40,000 nucleotides of DNA. It comes from Anabaena sp. CCY 9613. Lineage in GTDB: Bacteria > Cyanobacteriota > Cyanobacteriia > Cyanobacteriales > Nostocaceae. The position numbers were made by a program, and so were the translations under genes. The notes under the pieces were generated by a model. It saw nothing but the letters and a program-made list of their open reading frames with translations. It did no database searches and had not been told where the DNA came from. The stretch covers positions 1 to 40,000 of the forward strand of contig NZ_CAWUDE010000012.1 of the NCBI RefSeq assembly GCF_963920895.1, given 5' to 3'. Below are positions 36,948 through 40,000 of the stretch, in pieces. Within the stretch, counting starts at the first letter, position 1, and each line of letters opens with the position of its first letter.

Positions 36948-37148
36948 TGTTTAAAAGTGAGTTCGATGAACCTCTCCCTAACCCTCTCCGACTCGGAGAG
37001 GGGCAGAAATATCCTTAATTACCAACAAAAATTAAGCCTTTAAAGTCTCTAACGCCACTTGCTACAACGCGGGAAACCCGCGCAACGCAGTGGCTTCTCC
37101 TTGCAGGGGTTTTTTAAATCCGTCAAACTCACGTTTGTTTAAAAGTGA
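36948..37148. mobile_element. MITE-like about 200-bp GC-rich insertion bounded by a 13-bp direct repeat
   Basis: TGTTTAAAAGTGA occurs at 36948-36960 and 37136-37148. The sub-terminal inverted repeats GTGAGTTCGATGAA and TCCGTCAAACTCAC match at 11 of 14. Internal hairpins are CCCTCTCCGA/TCGGAGAGGG (36982-37002) and CGCCACTTGCTACAACGCGGG/CCCGCGCAACGCAGTGGC. There is no coding capacity. Confidence 0.5.
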
Positions 37149-37171
37149 TTTGAGATTTTCGATGCCCGTTT

Positions 37172-38413
37172 CTAACTACTCATCCCCATTGCGTTACCAG
37201 CTAAATATGAGGTTGTCCAAGCACTTTGGAAGTTGAAACCACCAGTGATGCCATCAATATCTAAAATTTCGCCGGCAAAGTAAAGTCCAGGAATTAGCTT
37301 ACTTTCCATTGTTTTGAAGTTGACTTCTTTGAGATTCACGCCTCCACAGGTGACAAACTCTTCTTTAAAGACTCCTTTACCATTGATTAAGTATTCACCC
37401 TGAATCAGTTCTTGGACTAACTGATTTAATTTTTTGTTGGATAGTCCTGCCCAACGGTCTTCTGTGGAGATATCTACACGATCAACAATGTATTGCCAGA
37501 GGCGGTGGGGTAGGTCAACACCACGATGCAAGGCGATCGCTTTGTTGGCCCATTGGGTTTTGACTGCTAAAATTTTTTGCCGTACTTGTTCTTGATGCAA
37601 ATCAGGCAACCAATTGACTAACAATTTCGCTTGATAGTGGTTTTGGTGCAGAAATCTGGCACCCCAAGCAGAAAGTTTAAGGACAGCCGGGCCACTCATA
37701 CCCCAGTGGGTAATTAGCAATGGCCCGGTTTGTGTGAGTTGGGGTTTTCCTGTATCTAACCGTAATTGCACAGGATCAACACTAATACCAGCCAATGACC
37801 GCAATTTGGCATCGGGAATATTGAAGGTAAATAAAGAAGGTACAGGCGGTTCAATGTGATGACCAAACTCCCTAGCAATTTTATAACCTACAGGGTTACT
37901 GCCTGTGGCCAATAATAGGCGATCGCACTGTTTCGTTGCTCCTGATTTCCCAAAAATTTCAAACCCTTGGTTTTGAGCAAGTTGTTTGACTGTAACGACT
38001 GGTGTCCCAATGCGTAGTTCTATCCCAGATTTAGCAGCAGCTTTGACTAGACATTCCACAATTGTTTCGGAATTATCTGTAATGGGAAACATCCGACCAT
38101 CTGCTTCGGTTTTTAAATGTACACCGTGGGCAGAAAACCAAGCCACTGTATCTTGTGCTTGGAAGCGGGTAAAAGCACCTAGTAGGGCCCTGCTACCTCT
38201 GGGGTAATTTTGGATTAACCTCTGTGGTTCAAAGCAAGCGTGAGTGACATTACAGCGTCCTCCACCAGAAATTAACACTTTCGCCAGGGGTTGGCGACTA
38301 GCTTCAAATAACGTGACTTGGGCATGAGGATTAGCTTTCGCACAAGCGATCGCGCCGAAAAATCCGGCCGCCCCACCCCCAATAACTACAATGTTTAACG
38401 GCAGCAAATTCAA
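37172..38413 (-). CDS. FAD-dependent flavoprotein of the HI0933/BaiN-like family
   Basis: 413 aa. It has the N-terminal dinucleotide fold VVIGGGAAGFFGAIACA, SGGGRCNVTH, and C-terminal GEILDIDGITGGFNFQSAW, all typical of HI0933-like proteins. The start is a TTG, so it is uncertain. Confidence 0.85.
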   Translation of the reverse strand: MNLLPLNIVVIGGGAAGFFGAIACAKANPHAQVTLFEASRQPLAKVLISGGGRCNVTHACFEPQRLIQNYPRGSRALLGAFTRFQAQDTVAWFSAHGVHLKTEADGRMFPITDNSETIVECLVKAAAKSGIELRIGTPVVTVKQLAQNQGFEIFGKSGATKQCDRLLLATGSNPVGYKIAREFGHHIEPPVPSLFTFNIPDAKLRSLAGISVDPVQLRLDTGKPQLTQTGPLLITHWGMSGPAVLKLSAWGARFLHQNHYQAKLLVNWLPDLHQEQVRQKILAVKTQWANKAIALHRGVDLPHRLWQYIVDRVDISTEDRWAGLSNKKLNQLVQELIQGEYLINGKGVFKEEFVTCGGVNLKEVNFKTMESKLIPGLYFAGEILDIDGITGGFNFQSAWTTSYLAGNAMGMSS

Positions 38414-38459
38414 AAACGTCTCTTTAGATCAATACCTATCTCTAGGCTAGCTGTTATTT

Positions 38460-38624
38460 TTACGGTTCTGACGGTTCAAATAAATCTTTTGTGGCACCGC
38501 AAACCGGACAAACCCAATCCTCTGGGATATCTTCAAAGGGTGTTCCTGGGGCTATACCGCTATCAGGATCGCCAACTTCAGGGTCATATTCGTAGCCACA
38601 AACAGTACATACATAAATTTCCAT
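38460..38624 (-). CDS. Rubredoxin (soluble, 54 aa)
   Basis: Below the ORF-track cut-off. Hand translation gives [54 protein letters not shown], with the two CxxCG knuckles (CTVCG, CPVCG) and conserved aromatic residues. Confidence 0.9.
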   Translation of the reverse strand: MEIYVCTVCGYEYDPEVGDPDSGIAPGTPFEDIPEDWVCPVCGATKDLFEPSEP

Positions 38625-38636
38625 GAGCCTTTTCCT

Positions 38637-38831
38637 CTAAAAACGCCACCAAGTTCTTTGCACGTAGCTGATAATTCCCATAGCCATCGCCCCTAGTAAC
38701 AATAACCCAATTACTCCACCCGGAATAAAGGTGAGAATACCAAAGCCTCTGAGTACCCAAACAGCTAGTCCAATGCCGAGAAGGATACCAAAAATCTGGG
38801 TTAATGTCCGGTTTAAGGAAGATTGATTCAC
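38637..38831 (-). CDS. Small two-helix membrane protein, unknown function
   Basis: 64 aa, GTG start, two hydrophobic helices. The stop lies 12 nt upstream of the rubredoxin ATG. Support is only the ORF, its hydrophobicity and its operon position. Confidence 0.5.
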   Translation of the reverse strand: MNQSSLNRTLTQIFGILLGIGLAVWVLRGFGILTFIPGGVIGLLLLGAMAMGIISYVQRTWWRF

Positions 38832-39268
38832 TTAATTTTTCCTCTTAATTGAAAATTTATATTCCTATATATATATTGATAGTTAAACATCAATAGTATA
38901 TGTGTAAACAAACACAAGCAAGGGTTTGATCCTGCTCAAAATCGGGTGATCCAAAATTATGACTACATTGCCTGCTTTTTGCTAAAAATCAGTTTGCATA
39001 TGAGATTATATTTGTGCCATTCTAGCTGTTATAAATTTCTTTTTTCTCGAAATAGTAGTGATATTTTCATAGTCACTCATGTGTAGATCTGATTAAAAGT
39101 AATAATAAATACAGTTTTTTTAGGTGAAATTTCTGAATAATGTCCTGAAAATGTCTGGTTCCAGCAGTTGAAAACTGGAATTAAAATCTATGGGGTAGGA
39201 CTCGACCTAATTTCATAGGTCGCCATTTCATCCCTAGTATAAGGTGGAAAAGGTGAGGAGTGAAGGAA

Positions 39269-39832
39269 ATGAATATGTCTGCGTCTCAAATATCAGACTC
39301 AATGATTACAGGATCAGATATGGCTTGGAGTCAAAACCAGCAATCGTTGCTAATGCAGGGGGAAATTTTATTGCAAACGCGATCGCATACAGCCTGGGGC
39401 GGTTGTGTGACTGCTTGCATGTATTTACCACTAGTGCGATCGCAAGTCTGGCAGCAACTAACTGACTACCCTCGTTGGGTTCAATATTTTCCTGACATCA
39501 CCAAAAGCGAAGTTATCTCCAAAGGTGAAGTTAAGCGACTGTATCAAGTAGCACACAAAGCCTTTTTATTTTTTACGGCGCAAGTCGAAATTTATCTTAA
39601 CGTTGTAGAAGTGTTGGGGCAACAAATTCAATTCCGCATGGAAAAAGGAAATTTCCTGGACTTTACAGCCATTGTAGACCTACAGGATTGTGGTGATGGC
39701 ACTTTGTTGGCATATAAAGTGCAAGCTACACCCAACCTCCCCATACCTGCGGTTTTTATTCAACAAGCCATGAATTTTGAGTTGCCTGCAAATATGCGTA
39801 AAATGCGGCAAGTTTTATGTAAGGTGCAATAA
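39269..39832 (+). CDS. SRPBCC (START/cyclase-dehydrase-like) family protein
   Basis: The size and the pattern VWQQLTDYPRWVQYFPDITKSEVI...YQV...FTAQVEIYLNVVE fit the SRPBCC fold. The track start is GTG 39260. The ATG at 39269 has AGGAG 8 nt upstream. Confidence 0.7.
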   Translation: MNMSASQISDSMITGSDMAWSQNQQSLLMQGEILLQTRSHTAWGGCVTACMYLPLVRSQVWQQLTDYPRWVQYFPDITKSEVISKGEVKRLYQVAHKAFLFFTAQVEIYLNVVEVLGQQIQFRMEKGNFLDFTAIVDLQDCGDGTLLAYKVQATPNLPIPAVFIQQAMNFELPANMRKMRQVLCKVQ

Positions 39833-39837
39833 AGGCA

Positions 39838-40000
39838 ATGTCACAGGCAAAAACTATTTTGGAATTTTGGTTTGGTCATCCCGATGAACCGGATTACGGC
39901 AAACCAAGGGCTGATTGGTTTCAGGAAAAAGCGGCATTTGATGAAGCCCTGCGAAATCAGTTTCTTGCAGATTACCAAAAGGCAGCAGCAGGATATTTAG
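39838..40000 (+). CDS. DUF924-family protein, N-terminal fragment (continues past the right edge)
   Basis: Hand translation from ATG 39838 gives MSQAKTILEFWFGHPDEPDYGKPRADWFQEKAAFDEALRNQFLADYQKAAAGYL with no stop. The FWFG...WF...FD pattern is typical of DUF924. Confidence 0.7.
   Translation, partial: MSQAKTILEFWFGHPDEPDYGKPRADWFQEKAAFDEALRNQFLADYQKAAAGYL

Overview
This window looks like a chromosomal segment from a filamentous Nostoc/Anabaena-type cyanobacterium. The evidence is dense HIP1 palindromes (GCGATCGC), STRR-like heptamer repeats, and psbK, psbM and ycf35. Positions 1-17.9 kb carry conserved housekeeping genes, mostly on the minus strand: a truncated LRR protein, a YiaAB-like membrane protein, a ferredoxin-ycf35-DUF2997 operon, a tandem-USP protein, psbM, a 2Fe-2S ferredoxin-like gene, psbK, tgt, a membrane Ser/Thr kinase, clpB, tkt, fabF, acpP, an HdrB-like CCG protein and lpxD. 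Positions 17.9-37.2 kb form an AT-rich, HIP1-poor accessory island encoding a Wzx/Wzy-dependent polysaccharide pathway. Its minus-strand genes are a priming phosphoglycosyl transferase, an alkaline-phosphatase-superfamily enzyme, GT2, the Wzx flippase, an orphan PP-loop-like protein, GT4, the Wzy polymerase, GT4, a GT26 WecG/TagA-like transferase and a Wzc-type co-polymerase/tyrosine kinase. On the plus strand are two tandem secreted beta-helix paralogues. The right end holds a small-membrane-protein/rubredoxin/flavoprotein operon, an SRPBCC protein and a DUF924 fragment. Four genes are missing from the ORF track and were found by hand translation: the LRR protein (1-363, minus), psbM, psbK and a rubredoxin. 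The best candidates for something new are in the polysaccharide island: the uncharacterised PP-loop-like enzyme translationally coupled to the flippase, the cytoplasmic AP-superfamily enzyme, the beta-helix pair with a mosaic gene-conversion tract, and a 1-kb repeat-laden leader. I see no CRISPR array, tRNA/rRNA gene, transposase, prophage gene or recognisable defence system. All family assignments come from motif recognition by eye, not database searches.
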